A stretch of DNA of 63,998 bases, the filler included, from an uncultured bacterium (GTDB lineage: Bacteria > Hinthialibacterota > Hinthialibacteria > Hinthialibacterales > Hinthialibacteraceae): NCBI GenBank assembly GCA_964449065.1. It is 4 parts of 4 records of this genome, joined end to end, with 100 filler letters (N's around TTAATTAATTAA, not from the genome) between each part and the next. Parts side by side here need not be neighbours in the genome. Positions count along the whole stretch, not along the records: positions 37,925 to 56,516 come from CAYVAZ010000063.1; 3 more parts are not named here. One strand, written 5' to 3'. Under the pieces are notes generated by a model. That model made no database searches and was not told the DNA's origin. It saw only the letters and a program-made list of their open reading frames with translations. Shown here one piece after another: positions 41,134 to 50,374 of this stretch (the stretch's first letter is position 1; every line of letters begins with the position of its first letter). The position numbers and the translations under genes were made by a program.

Positions 41134-41838
41134 TTATTTGGCTCCGGTTTTGAGTTTGCCGTAGAGGTTGAAGAGTTCTTTAAACGCGCGCAATACCACT
41201 TTGGGGCTGCCTCCGGATTGCTCGCCCGCCATGCGGGGCAGGTGGTGTACGCCTACTTGCTTGATTTTCGCATTATTGGATGTGAGGATCGAAAAAATCT
41301 CCACGGAGATGACGGCGCCTTCGGCTTTGAGTTCCCGGCCGTCGAAGTACTGCCGGCGAAAGAGTTTAAAGGCGCAATCCAAATCGCGCACCCGAAAGCC
41401 GAAGAGAATGCGGATCAGCGTACCCCAACAGAAGGCGAAGAGTTTGCGGTGAGAGGGGTCTTGGCGGTTCATGCGAAAGCCGACAATAGCATCATGATCA
41501 TGGACGTGCTCTAACAATAGGGGAATCTCGCTCACATCGAACTGGCCGTCGCCGTCGGTGAAGAAGATCCAGTCTTTTTGGCTGGAGGCTATCCCGGTTT
41601 TGACCGCCCCTCCGTAACCCCGGTTGACTTCGTGATGAATGGCTCGTACCTGGGGGTGCTTGGCGGCGAGTTTATCGGCGAGTTCGCGGGTGCCGTCGGT
41701 ACTGCCGTCGTTGATGATCAGCACTTCGAAGTAGCTGACATTTTCTGACAGCACCTGCACGATTTTTTCGGTCAGGGCTTCGATGTTGTCGGCTTCATTG
41801 TGCGCCGGGAAAAACGCGGAAACGCTAATGGGTACCAT
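41134..41838 (-). CDS. Glycosyltransferase family 2 (DPM synthase-like)
   Basis: PAHNE, INDGSTDGT, NRGYGGA, TDGDGQ, DCAFKL motifs. Confidence 0.92.
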   Translation of the reverse strand: MVPISVSAFFPAHNEADNIEALTEKIVQVLSENVSYFEVLIINDGSTDGTRELADKLAAKHPQVRAIHHEVNRGYGGAVKTGIASSQKDWIFFTDGDGQFDVSEIPLLLEHVHDHDAIVGFRMNRQDPSHRKLFAFCWGTLIRILFGFRVRDLDCAFKLFRRQYFDGRELKAEGAVISVEIFSILTSNNAKIKQVGVHHLPRMAGEQSGGSPKVVLRAFKELFNLYGKLKTGAK

Positions 41839-42012
41839 AGTATACGATCCGTTTGTATGATGAATTTCCTGAGTAAGTTTAACGATTTCTGTCTTGAATG
41901 TCAGAAAGAAAATAGATTAGCACCAGTTGCGAATTGTGGAAGCATGGGAGAGATGTGGAGAAAAAGTTGATAGATTGTTATTCATACTATACAGTTAGGA
42001 TTGAGGTGAATC

Positions 42013-43176
42013 ATGGTACAAAATAGGATTTTTTTCTGTTTATGGATGGCTTTATTCATTCCGGAAAGTTTTTCTCAAGATGCTATTCAACCTGTGGATC
42101 AATTCGAGTTCCCGGATTCGTTATTATATAATCCAAATACGATTGAAACACCAGTTCAATTGTTTATCTTACAATCCAATTCAGAGAATCAGAACCATTT
42201 GGTGTTTGGGTTTCACGGATTTAACATCAATCCGCCCGATACAAGCAACATTCGTTTATGGTCAAAGATCACGATGGATGTTTCGTCAGGTAACGTTATC
42301 AATCAGGTGACCGAACCTGTTTCAGCTCGATTTAAACGTTATGTATCCGGTGAAGGGTGGGTGTATTTTGAAGACCCTCCACAACCGCTCCTATTTGATA
42401 TGGTTCATGATGTGTCTTCTGTAACAGTTGATGGGGATACCATCTTTTTAGAGGATGCTTATTCTGTTATTCCTCCTTCAAAAGAATACCCTTTTATTAC
42501 AAGGAAGTTAGAACAAGCAGGAATTTCTCCAAACCGGGAATGGATTGGTGGATTGGTGAGTCGTTTGTATACAACCGATAGTCCAGCCGGTGGTGGTCAT
42601 CCTGTAAGGATACCTACTTTGTGGGATGGTGAGGGCAATCTTGTCTATCAAGTTAAATACCCGGTTCCCCGGTATGAACCTATTCGCCATATATTCAATA
42701 CTCCATCCAACATTCAATTCTCACCGGATAACCGTTTTTTTATTGCAAGAGGATTGGAAGGGTACTTTTCGGTTGCAACGCCGAACGCTTATGAATCGGT
42801 AGCAACGATACCCTATCCCGGTAGTTTTATGCTTGATACAGAGACTCTGTTAGTATGGGAAACGGAACGGGATGTTGCATTTACTTCTGACAGCCGTTTT
42901 TTTGTAACCGAACGTGATAGTGTGCCGACATTGGTTAATGCTTATCAAAACCGTGGTATACATGTCTATGACATTGGGGAAGTTGTTCTGAATAAATCAG
43001 ATTGGAAGAATGGTGAAATTATAGGTGTACCTTCAACTAGAAAAAATATGATGCTTGCGGCAACGTTTTCGCATGATGATCAGTGGCTGTATATTGCTGG
43101 AATTGATCAGAAAGTTTACGTCTTCCCCAGCCAGCTGCCCACCTCGCATGTGGAGGGATGGGAGGCGAACCGGTGA
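42013..43176 (+). CDS. Secreted WD40-like protein, paralogue 1
   Basis: GAGG RBS; signal peptide; FSPDNRF, FTSDSRF and FSHDDQW blades. Confidence 0.85.
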   Translation: MVQNRIFFCLWMALFIPESFSQDAIQPVDQFEFPDSLLYNPNTIETPVQLFILQSNSENQNHLVFGFHGFNINPPDTSNIRLWSKITMDVSSGNVINQVTEPVSARFKRYVSGEGWVYFEDPPQPLLFDMVHDVSSVTVDGDTIFLEDAYSVIPPSKEYPFITRKLEQAGISPNREWIGGLVSRLYTTDSPAGGGHPVRIPTLWDGEGNLVYQVKYPVPRYEPIRHIFNTPSNIQFSPDNRFFIARGLEGYFSVATPNAYESVATIPYPGSFMLDTETLLVWETERDVAFTSDSRFFVTERDSVPTLVNAYQNRGIHVYDIGEVVLNKSDWKNGEIIGVPSTRKNMMLAATFSHDDQWLYIAGIDQKVYVFPSQLPTSHVEGWEANR

Positions 43177-43313
43177 TGTTGTTTCAGTCAATCTTTTCCG
43201 GCGGCACTGATGCAGAAACCGGGCAATTCAACAAAATGTATTATTTTGTTGCGGGCAGCCCTGGCAATGGGGATCTCTATCGGGAAGATTTGACTTTCAC
43301 GGCTGTTGATTAA
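43176..43313 (+). pseudogene. 45-codon ORF, possibly the 3' remnant of another gene
   Basis: MLFQSIFSGGTDAETGQFNKMYYFVAGSPGNGDLYREDLTFTAVD; ATG overlaps the upstream TGA; followed by a terminator. Confidence 0.35.
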
Positions 43314-43327
43314 AGCAATATTAAAGG

Positions 43328-43361
43328 GAGGCTTCTCACATCAGAAGCCTCCTTACTTTTT
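43328..43361 (+). terminator. Rho-independent terminator
   Basis: GGAGGCTTCT-loop-AGAAGCCTCC followed by TTACTTTTT. Confidence 0.7.
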
Positions 43362-43384
43362 AGATCTTTGGAGGACCCTATATA

Positions 43385-44434
43385 ATGGACAACGTATTAC
43401 GGGTATTGTTATTACTATTTGCTAATGTGTCGAACTATTCATTTAGTCAGAACATTGTTCCAGCAGATTTAAATTTACAACTAAACAGAAATGATTTTTT
43501 ACAGATTAATTTTCCTTTGATGACTAATGCAGGTATTTATAATATAGAACCATTTACAAATGGTGAATCTGTAACACTCACGTTTTATGGAATGATTAGT
43601 GATAGCAGTGGTGGTCAGTATTTTTCTATCGGTATTTACGAAGAACAAACTGTATCACTTCATATTAAATCTCGCGGAATTTCTACTATTGACTATCATT
43701 CATTAAACCGTCCTTTGGATTTAATCTCGCCAACACTTATTCATGATGCCTCAAGTATTCTTAATGATAATAAACAGATTCAATTGTCTAATGCCGTTTA
43801 TCAATTCCAAGATATGTTTTGTGAATTTCGGCTATACAACAAGTGGTGTACAATTAAAAGAGATTTGCGCACATTTGTTCTTTCTCCATCAAAGAAATAC
43901 ATAGTCGGTTATTTGGGGAATACAGTTTCGTCTGGAAATGCTCGTTCTTCATTTAGCACTTTTTGGTACACAGCAGGGATATGGGATTCACAAACAGGAA
44001 ATAATTTATTCTTAGAAGACCCTGCTTATGCCTCTATTGATAGAGGTGAACCTATGAGTTTTGCTTTTGATATTGCTTTCTCACCCAGTAACAGATTTGT
44101 GATTTTTAGACAGGCAAAAGGATATTTAAGTTTACCGTATTCGGTTTTAGTAGATACAAAGACATTTCAAGAATGGCAAGCCGATAAAGACGTTGCCTTC
44201 ACTTCCGACAGCCGTTTTTTTGTAACCGAGCGTGGTGGTGCGCCAACCTTGGTTGATGCACAGCACAACCGCAACCTGCAAACCTATGACGTTGGCGAAT
44301 CCATCATGCACGCAGCTACCTTCTCAGAAGATGGCGAAACCCTCTACATCGCCACCGGAGACGACAAAATCTACGTCTTCCCCAGCCAGCTGCCGACCTC
44401 GCATGTGGAGGGATGGGAGAGTTATGCGAAATAG
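43385..44434 (+). CDS. Secreted WD40-like protein, paralogue 2
   Basis: GGAGG RBS; signal peptide; C-terminal region homologous to 42013-43176. Confidence 0.85.
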   Translation: MDNVLRVLLLLFANVSNYSFSQNIVPADLNLQLNRNDFLQINFPLMTNAGIYNIEPFTNGESVTLTFYGMISDSSGGQYFSIGIYEEQTVSLHIKSRGISTIDYHSLNRPLDLISPTLIHDASSILNDNKQIQLSNAVYQFQDMFCEFRLYNKWCTIKRDLRTFVLSPSKKYIVGYLGNTVSSGNARSSFSTFWYTAGIWDSQTGNNLFLEDPAYASIDRGEPMSFAFDIAFSPSNRFVIFRQAKGYLSLPYSVLVDTKTFQEWQADKDVAFTSDSRFFVTERGGAPTLVDAQHNRNLQTYDVGESIMHAATFSEDGETLYIATGDDKIYVFPSQLPTSHVEGWESYAK

Positions 44435-44595
44435 GGTGGATCGGCCTATCCGGTGGATAGAAGCAGGCGGCATCTTTACCCCAAAACTACAAAACGTAAC
44501 AGTTCCGCCAGCGTCCAATATCATCCGCATCCAATTGATTTTGTTTGGACGCTGTTATAATAGTGTCACAAACCATTCACACGGAGAACAACTTC

Positions 44596-45480
44596 ATGGC
44601 TGTGGATTTACCGATTTTAAAGCAAAACCCCAGGCGCAATCCCAAACCGCCCTGGCTGCGGATTAAACTTCCGACCGACCCGCAATTTGAAGCGACGAAC
44701 GGTGTGATCGAAGGCAACCGCCTGCACACCATCTGCGAAGAAGCGCGTTGCCCCAATCAATCCGAATGCTGGAGCCACGGCACCGCCACCTTCCTTTTGC
44801 TGGGGGATATCTGCACAAGAGGATGCACCTTTTGCTCGGTCACTACCGGCCGCCCGCTGGAAGTGGATGAAGACGAACCTGAACGCGTTGCCGAAGCCGC
44901 GCTAAAACTCAACCTTAGCCATGTGGTGCTGACATCCGTCAATCGTGACGACCTGAAAGACGGCGGCTCCACCCAATTCGTCAAAACCGTCGCCGCCATC
45001 CGCAGACGGATTCCTCACAGCGAAATTGAAATCCTCATCCCCGATTTTAAGGGGGATTGGAATGCGCTCGCCAATGTTATGACCGCCGATATTGCCGTGC
45101 TCAACCATAATCTTGAAACGGTACCGCGCTTGTACAAGAAAGTACGCCCCGGAGCCATTTACGAACAAAGTTTGGAATTGCTCAGACGGGCTGGAAATCT
45201 GCGCCCGGATGTTAAGACGAAATCCGGCATCATGATCGGAGTGGGTGAAGAAAAAGATGAAGTGTTGCGAGTAATCAAAGATATTTGCGATACAGGATGC
45301 TCAATCCTCACCATCGGGCAGTATTTACAGCCGACGCCAAAGAACCGGCCGGTTACCCGGTATATCCATCCAGATGAGTTTGAAGAATACAAGCAATTCG
45401 GATATGAACTGGGCTTTGATCATGTCGAATCCGCCCCGCTAGTGCGCAGTTCTTACCATGCGTGGAAGCATGTGAAGTAA
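44596..45480 (+). CDS. lipA: Lipoyl synthase
   Basis: KPPWL, CEEARCPNQSEC, CTRGCTFC, PLVRSSY motifs. Confidence 0.97.
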   Translation: MAVDLPILKQNPRRNPKPPWLRIKLPTDPQFEATNGVIEGNRLHTICEEARCPNQSECWSHGTATFLLLGDICTRGCTFCSVTTGRPLEVDEDEPERVAEAALKLNLSHVVLTSVNRDDLKDGGSTQFVKTVAAIRRRIPHSEIEILIPDFKGDWNALANVMTADIAVLNHNLETVPRLYKKVRPGAIYEQSLELLRRAGNLRPDVKTKSGIMIGVGEEKDEVLRVIKDICDTGCSILTIGQYLQPTPKNRPVTRYIHPDEFEEYKQFGYELGFDHVESAPLVRSSYHAWKHVK

Positions 45481-45544
45481 AGTCGAATTCCCCACAGAGG
45501 CACGGAAAGAATAGAGGGAAGAATGCAAATTAAAGAAGGTATTT

Positions 45545-46095
45545 CGTATTGAACTTCCCATACCGCATTTTGCAGACCCGTACTCAGACTCTCGAAATTC
45601 TCCGAAAAACAGACCATACCCGTCTCCCAATTGGAATAGGTTGAGACGGAAGAAACTAGCATGTGGGGAAAGGGTTCGTTTTGAATGGTAACTCCCAGTT
45701 CCGTTCGATGGGTAAAGTTGGCCTGACATAATTCGCCAGGTTGATGCTCTTTCGAAAAAAACACTTCGTTCTCCGGCCTTTTCAACGCCTGCCAGGATTG
45801 GATTCGGCAATGCAACGTCCGTGGTTAACCATCCTGATATTCAACGGGATAACAGCGTTGGATTTCTTCCAGGATGCTCTTGGTTACCAAACCGGGATTG
45901 GGTTCCAGTATTTACAGCACTTCTTTCTAAACTGCCGCAAATGGATCGGGTCGGGTACGCCACGTAGGTTCCGCTTTCATTTGGCTGGGAAGTGTTTTTT
46001 CCCGAAGATACTTTCGGGCTGTGGTTACACTCCTATTCGCTTTGGCTGCGGTTTCTTCTCATGTCTTGCTGCTTCGGCGGGCGTTATTTATCATT
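45545..46095 (-). pseudogene. IS21-family transposase (IstA) remnant
   Basis: TARKYL, WRTRPDPF, EVFF, YSNWE and FESLSTGLQNAVWE motifs; in-frame stops (e.g. 45825-45827); 3' part missing. Confidence 0.85.
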
Positions 46096-46134
46096 GCAAG
46101 AAGATACCGCATTGATTATTGTGGCAAACCACAT

Positions 46135-46163
46135 TTGACGGAATGTTGAATTCTTCCTATTAT
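46135..46163 (+). promoter_or_regulatory. sigma70-type promoter
   Basis: TTGACG-17 nt-TATTAT upstream of the prepilin gene. Confidence 0.6.
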
Positions 46164-46195
46164 GAAATTACAATCTGTTACCAAGGAACCGTATT

Positions 46196-46759
46196 ATGAA
46201 AAAAGCATTCACGCTGATTGAGTTATTGATCGTCGTTGCCATCATCGGCATCTTAGCGGCCATTGCCGTGCCTAATTTTCTCAACGCGCAAGTCCGTGCG
46301 CGCATCGCCCGGGTTGAAGCCGATCTAAAATCCATTCATACGGCAATGGAAATGTACAAAATGGATAACAACAACCAGCGCTATCCCCGCTTCGGCAATA
46401 TGACCAACCCTGCCCGTTGGAACTTACTTACCTCTCCGGTTTCCTACATCAGCGGCGGGCAATTTCACGATCCGTTTTTAGACCCGCGCTACCAACTCAC
46501 CAACGACGGTGACGAACCCAAATATTATTACGAAACATTCTGGGCTTATCCCGCAAAACGTGAACGCTTTTACAACGCATTTGGGCGGTACAAAAGTATC
46601 GATGGGTTCAATTTCTGGGTCGGATCCGCCGGACCGAACGGCATCTACAACGGCGACAGCGGCCCCAGCGCCGAATTGTGCCCCTGCGACCTCTTCTTCG
46701 AGTATCACACATCCAACGGATTGCGCAGCAATGGAGACATCACCCGCTTAGGCAATTAA
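46196..46759 (+). CDS. Prepilin-type N-terminal cleavage/methylation protein (GspG-like)
   Basis: AFTLIELLIVVAIIGILAAIAVPNF; LTSPVSY..DPF; SAGPNG; SNGLRSNGDI. Confidence 0.9.
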   Translation: MKKAFTLIELLIVVAIIGILAAIAVPNFLNAQVRARIARVEADLKSIHTAMEMYKMDNNNQRYPRFGNMTNPARWNLLTSPVSYISGGQFHDPFLDPRYQLTNDGDEPKYYYETFWAYPAKRERFYNAFGRYKSIDGFNFWVGSAGPNGIYNGDSGPSAELCPCDLFFEYHTSNGLRSNGDITRLGN

Positions 46760-47022
46760 ATTGAAGCGAAGAAATCATACTACGGATTACATGCTGGCAC
46801 GCGGGTGTTCTATACGCGGAGGGAACCGTTCAAGTTACTCCAGTTTCAGTGTCACAAAAATCAAACATCGGTTTAATCAGACTTGCAATAATGATTTCTT
46901 AATGCACGACCGTTCCCTTTTTATTGACAAACACGAATCAATGGGTATTTTTTTGAACGGGCTACGATTTTCCATACACTTTAGTTGTTCAACAACTCCA
47001 AATTGAAGGAATTGCATCACCC

Positions 47023-48663
47023 ATGAAAGCATCCGACCTGTTTGTAAAATGTCTAGAAGCCGAAAACGTTGAATATATCTTCGGCATCCCCGGTGAAGAA
47101 AACCTCGATCTGCTCAACTCACTCAAAACCTCAACCATCCAACTCATCATCACCCGGCACGAACAAGCCGCCGGATTTATGGCCGCTACCTACGGCCGGT
47201 TGACCGGCCGAGCAGGCGTTTGTCTCTCCACCCTTGGTCCCGGTGCAACCAACTTCGTCACCGCCGCTGCTTACGCCCAACTCGGAGCCATGCCCATGGT
47301 CATGATTACCGGGCAAAAGCCCATCAAAAGCAGCAAGCAAGGCCAGTTTCAAATCATCGATGTTGTTGATATGATGCAGCCCATCACCAAGTATGCCAAG
47401 CAAATCGTCAGCGGAGACAGCATCCCTTCCCGCATCCGCGAAGCCTTTCGCCTGGCGGAAGAAGAACGCCCCGGCGCCGCTCTTCTCGAACTGCCCGAGG
47501 ATATCGCCGCTGAGGGAACGGACGAACGGCCCTTCAAAGCCAGCATGAAGCGCCGTCCTGTCGTTGAAGAAAAAGCCGTAAAACAAGCCTTGGATATGCT
47601 CACCAAAGCGAACCATCCCTTGCTGGTCATTGCCTCCGGTGCCAATCGAAAACTCACGGCAAAGATGTTGCGCGCTTTTATCGATAAACAAGGCATTCCA
47701 TTCATCACCACCCAAATGGGCAAAGGAGTGATGGATGAATCGCATCCTCTTTCCATCGGCAATGCCGCCCTTTCCGAAGGCGATTTCCTCCACCGTGCCA
47801 TTGAGAAAGCCGACTTGATTTTGAATGTCGGGCATGATGTCGTTGAAAAACCTCCCTTTTTCATGCGCCACAATGGACGCAATGTGATCCACATCAACTT
47901 TAATTCCGCCGAAGTCGATCCGGTTTACTTTCCTCAAGCCGAAATGATCGGCGATATTGCCAACAGCATCTGGCAGATCAACGAACGCCTGGCGCCGCAG
48001 CCGCATTGGGATTTCTCCTACTTTTTGAAGGTTCGCGAAGCCATGGAAGCGCATGAACAGGAAGAAATTGACAATCCCCAGTTCCCCATACTCCCCCAGC
48101 GTGTCGTCGCCGAAGTTCGCCATGCCATGCCCCAAGACGGAATCATCGCGCTCGACAACGGCATGTACAAAATCTGGTTTGCCCGCAATTACCACGCCTA
48201 TCACCCCAACACGGTATTATTGGATAACGCTCTGGCATCCATGGGAGCGGGTTTGCCATCCGCCATGGCCGCGAAGGTCGTCCATCCTGATAAAAAAGTG
48301 ATGGCCATCTGCGGCGACGGCGGCTTTATGATGAACTCGCAAGAACTCGAAACCGCTGTCCGCCTGGGCTTAGATCTCGTCGTTCTCATCCTAAACGATA
48401 GCGGCTACGGCATGATTAAGTGGAAACAAACCAAAATGAACTTCCCCGATTACGGCTTGGATTTCAATAACCCCTGTTTCATCCAATACGCCTCCAGCTA
48501 CGGAGCCACCGGCCACCGCTTGGAGCGGACAGAAGATTTGCAGGGATTGTTGCAGGAATGTCTCAACGGTCAGGGAATCCATCTCATAGATGTGCCGGTA
48601 GACTATTCTGTAAATGATAAGATATTAAATAGAGAACTCCCGCAATTAAGCAAAACCATCTAA
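47023..48663 (+). CDS. ThDP-dependent enzyme, acetolactate synthase large subunit-like
   Basis: FGIPGEEN, RHEQAAGF, STLGPGATN, GDGGFMM..ND motifs; no regulatory subunit adjacent. Confidence 0.9.
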   Translation: MKASDLFVKCLEAENVEYIFGIPGEENLDLLNSLKTSTIQLIITRHEQAAGFMAATYGRLTGRAGVCLSTLGPGATNFVTAAAYAQLGAMPMVMITGQKPIKSSKQGQFQIIDVVDMMQPITKYAKQIVSGDSIPSRIREAFRLAEEERPGAALLELPEDIAAEGTDERPFKASMKRRPVVEEKAVKQALDMLTKANHPLLVIASGANRKLTAKMLRAFIDKQGIPFITTQMGKGVMDESHPLSIGNAALSEGDFLHRAIEKADLILNVGHDVVEKPPFFMRHNGRNVIHINFNSAEVDPVYFPQAEMIGDIANSIWQINERLAPQPHWDFSYFLKVREAMEAHEQEEIDNPQFPILPQRVVAEVRHAMPQDGIIALDNGMYKIWFARNYHAYHPNTVLLDNALASMGAGLPSAMAAKVVHPDKKVMAICGDGGFMMNSQELETAVRLGLDLVVLILNDSGYGMIKWKQTKMNFPDYGLDFNNPCFIQYASSYGATGHRLERTEDLQGLLQECLNGQGIHLIDVPVDYSVNDKILNRELPQLSKTI

Positions 48664-48681
48664 CAGGCAAGAACGTTTTGT

Positions 48682-48710
48682 GGGAGGGCGGGGCTCCCAC
48701 CGGGCCGGAA
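48682..48710. repeat. REP-like repeat family A
   Basis: GGGAGGGCGGGGCTCCCACCGGGCCGGAA. Confidence 0.65.
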
Positions 48711-48758
48711 TTAGCCGTAGTCTTTCAACTAAACTAAATTACCTAAAAGGATTAACTC

Positions 48759-50186
48759 ATGCTGCAATCAACCTACCCTTACTATCTTGCAAACCAACCG
48801 CAAGAACCCAATACCGATCTTGAGGTCACCGATAAATACTCCGGCGCAGCCGCCACCCGCGTTGCGCTCGCCAATGGGGAAGCCATCGATCAAGCCATCG
48901 CGGCCGCCGTCAAAGCAACCGAACCCATGCGCAAGATGGCCCCCTTTGAACGCCAACAGGTCTTGCAGCATTGCGTCCACCGCTTCGACGAACGCTTTGA
49001 GGAACTCGCCATGTCCTTATGCATCGAAGCAGGCAAACCCATCAAAGATGCCCGCGGTGAAGTCACCCGGCTCATTGACACCTTCCGCATCGCCGCCGAA
49101 GAATCCGTCCGTATGCACGGCGAAGTCCAAATTCTCGAAATTTCCGCCCGGGCCAAAGGCTACCACGGGATGTATAAGCGCGTGCCGATAGGTCCTTGTT
49201 CATTTATTTCCCCCTTTAACTTTCCGTTAAACCTTGCGGCGCACAAAGTGGCACCGGCATTGGCTGTTGGATGTCCCTTCATCCTCAAACCCGCCAGCCT
49301 CACTCCGATTGGCGCATTGATGATCGGCGAAGTGTTAGCCGAAACCGACCTTCCTTCCGGCGCATTCTCCATATTGCCCTGCCGCCGGGATGGAGCCGAA
49401 CTGTTCACAACCGATGAGCGGTTAAAGTTGTTAAGCTTCACCGGCTCTCCCGAAGTCGGTTGGAAGCTCAAATCGCAAGCCGGCAAGAAAAAAGTCGTGC
49501 TCGAACTCGGCGGCAACGCGGCCTGCATTGTTGACAAAGATTGGGATTTGGATAACGCCGTCGAACGCATCGCCTTTGGCGCCTTTTATCAATCCGGACA
49601 AAGCTGCATCGGTGTTCAACGTATTCTCATCCACGAAGCGGTTTATGATGAAATGAAACAAAAACTGATCGCCAAAACCGAATCGCTCAAAAGCGGTGAT
49701 CCCAAAGACGAAGACACCTTCATCGGCCCCATGATCTCGGATAAAGAAGCCGAACGTCTGGACGGGTGGATTCAAAAAGCCGCAAAGGCCGGCGGCAAAA
49801 TCCTCTGTGGAGGTAAACGCGAGGGAAAAATGCTCGAGGCCACGTTAATGGAAAATGTTCCCAAAGACCAAGAAATCTGTGCCGAAGAAGCCTTCGGTCC
49901 GGTCGCCGTTCTTGGTTCCTTCTCCGACTTCCGCGACGCACTTAAGGAAACCAACAAAAGCCGGTATGGCTTGCAGGCTGGCATCTTCACCCGCGATATC
50001 TTTCACATGCATCAAGCCTGGGATGAACTCGATGTCGGCGGCGTCATCATCGGCGACGTTCCATCCTGGCGGGTCGATAATATGCCATACGGCGGCGTGA
50101 AAGACAGCGGACTCGGCCGCGAAGGCATCCGCTTCGCCATGGAAGACATGACCGAAATCCGCAATCTGGTCATCCGCACTCCATAA
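48759..50186 (+). CDS. Aldehyde dehydrogenase
   Basis: PFNFP, FTGS, LELGGN, GQSC, EAFGP, YGGVKDSG motifs. Confidence 0.95.
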   Translation: MLQSTYPYYLANQPQEPNTDLEVTDKYSGAAATRVALANGEAIDQAIAAAVKATEPMRKMAPFERQQVLQHCVHRFDERFEELAMSLCIEAGKPIKDARGEVTRLIDTFRIAAEESVRMHGEVQILEISARAKGYHGMYKRVPIGPCSFISPFNFPLNLAAHKVAPALAVGCPFILKPASLTPIGALMIGEVLAETDLPSGAFSILPCRRDGAELFTTDERLKLLSFTGSPEVGWKLKSQAGKKKVVLELGGNAACIVDKDWDLDNAVERIAFGAFYQSGQSCIGVQRILIHEAVYDEMKQKLIAKTESLKSGDPKDEDTFIGPMISDKEAERLDGWIQKAAKAGGKILCGGKREGKMLEATLMENVPKDQEICAEEAFGPVAVLGSFSDFRDALKETNKSRYGLQAGIFTRDIFHMHQAWDELDVGGVIIGDVPSWRVDNMPYGGVKDSGLGREGIRFAMEDMTEIRNLVIRTP

Positions 50187-50374
50187 TTTTAAAGACAGGG
50201 ATTAGGGATTAGAGTTTAGAGAGTAGTGAGATAATTTGAACAGCTGAAATGATGAAATACGAATAACCCTTTTGGTGAAGTTTTTTTTAAAACTGCTACC
50301 CGTTTTTCACTCCCTCTGGGAGAGGATTCGTGAGAGGGTTAATATACTCCAAAACATCTAACCTGGATATTAAT

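Noticed and set aside
43117..44419. Shared 48-nt segment as a DGR template/variable repeat pair
   Set aside because: The single difference is C/G rather than adenine-specific, both copies are coding, and no reverse transcriptase is present
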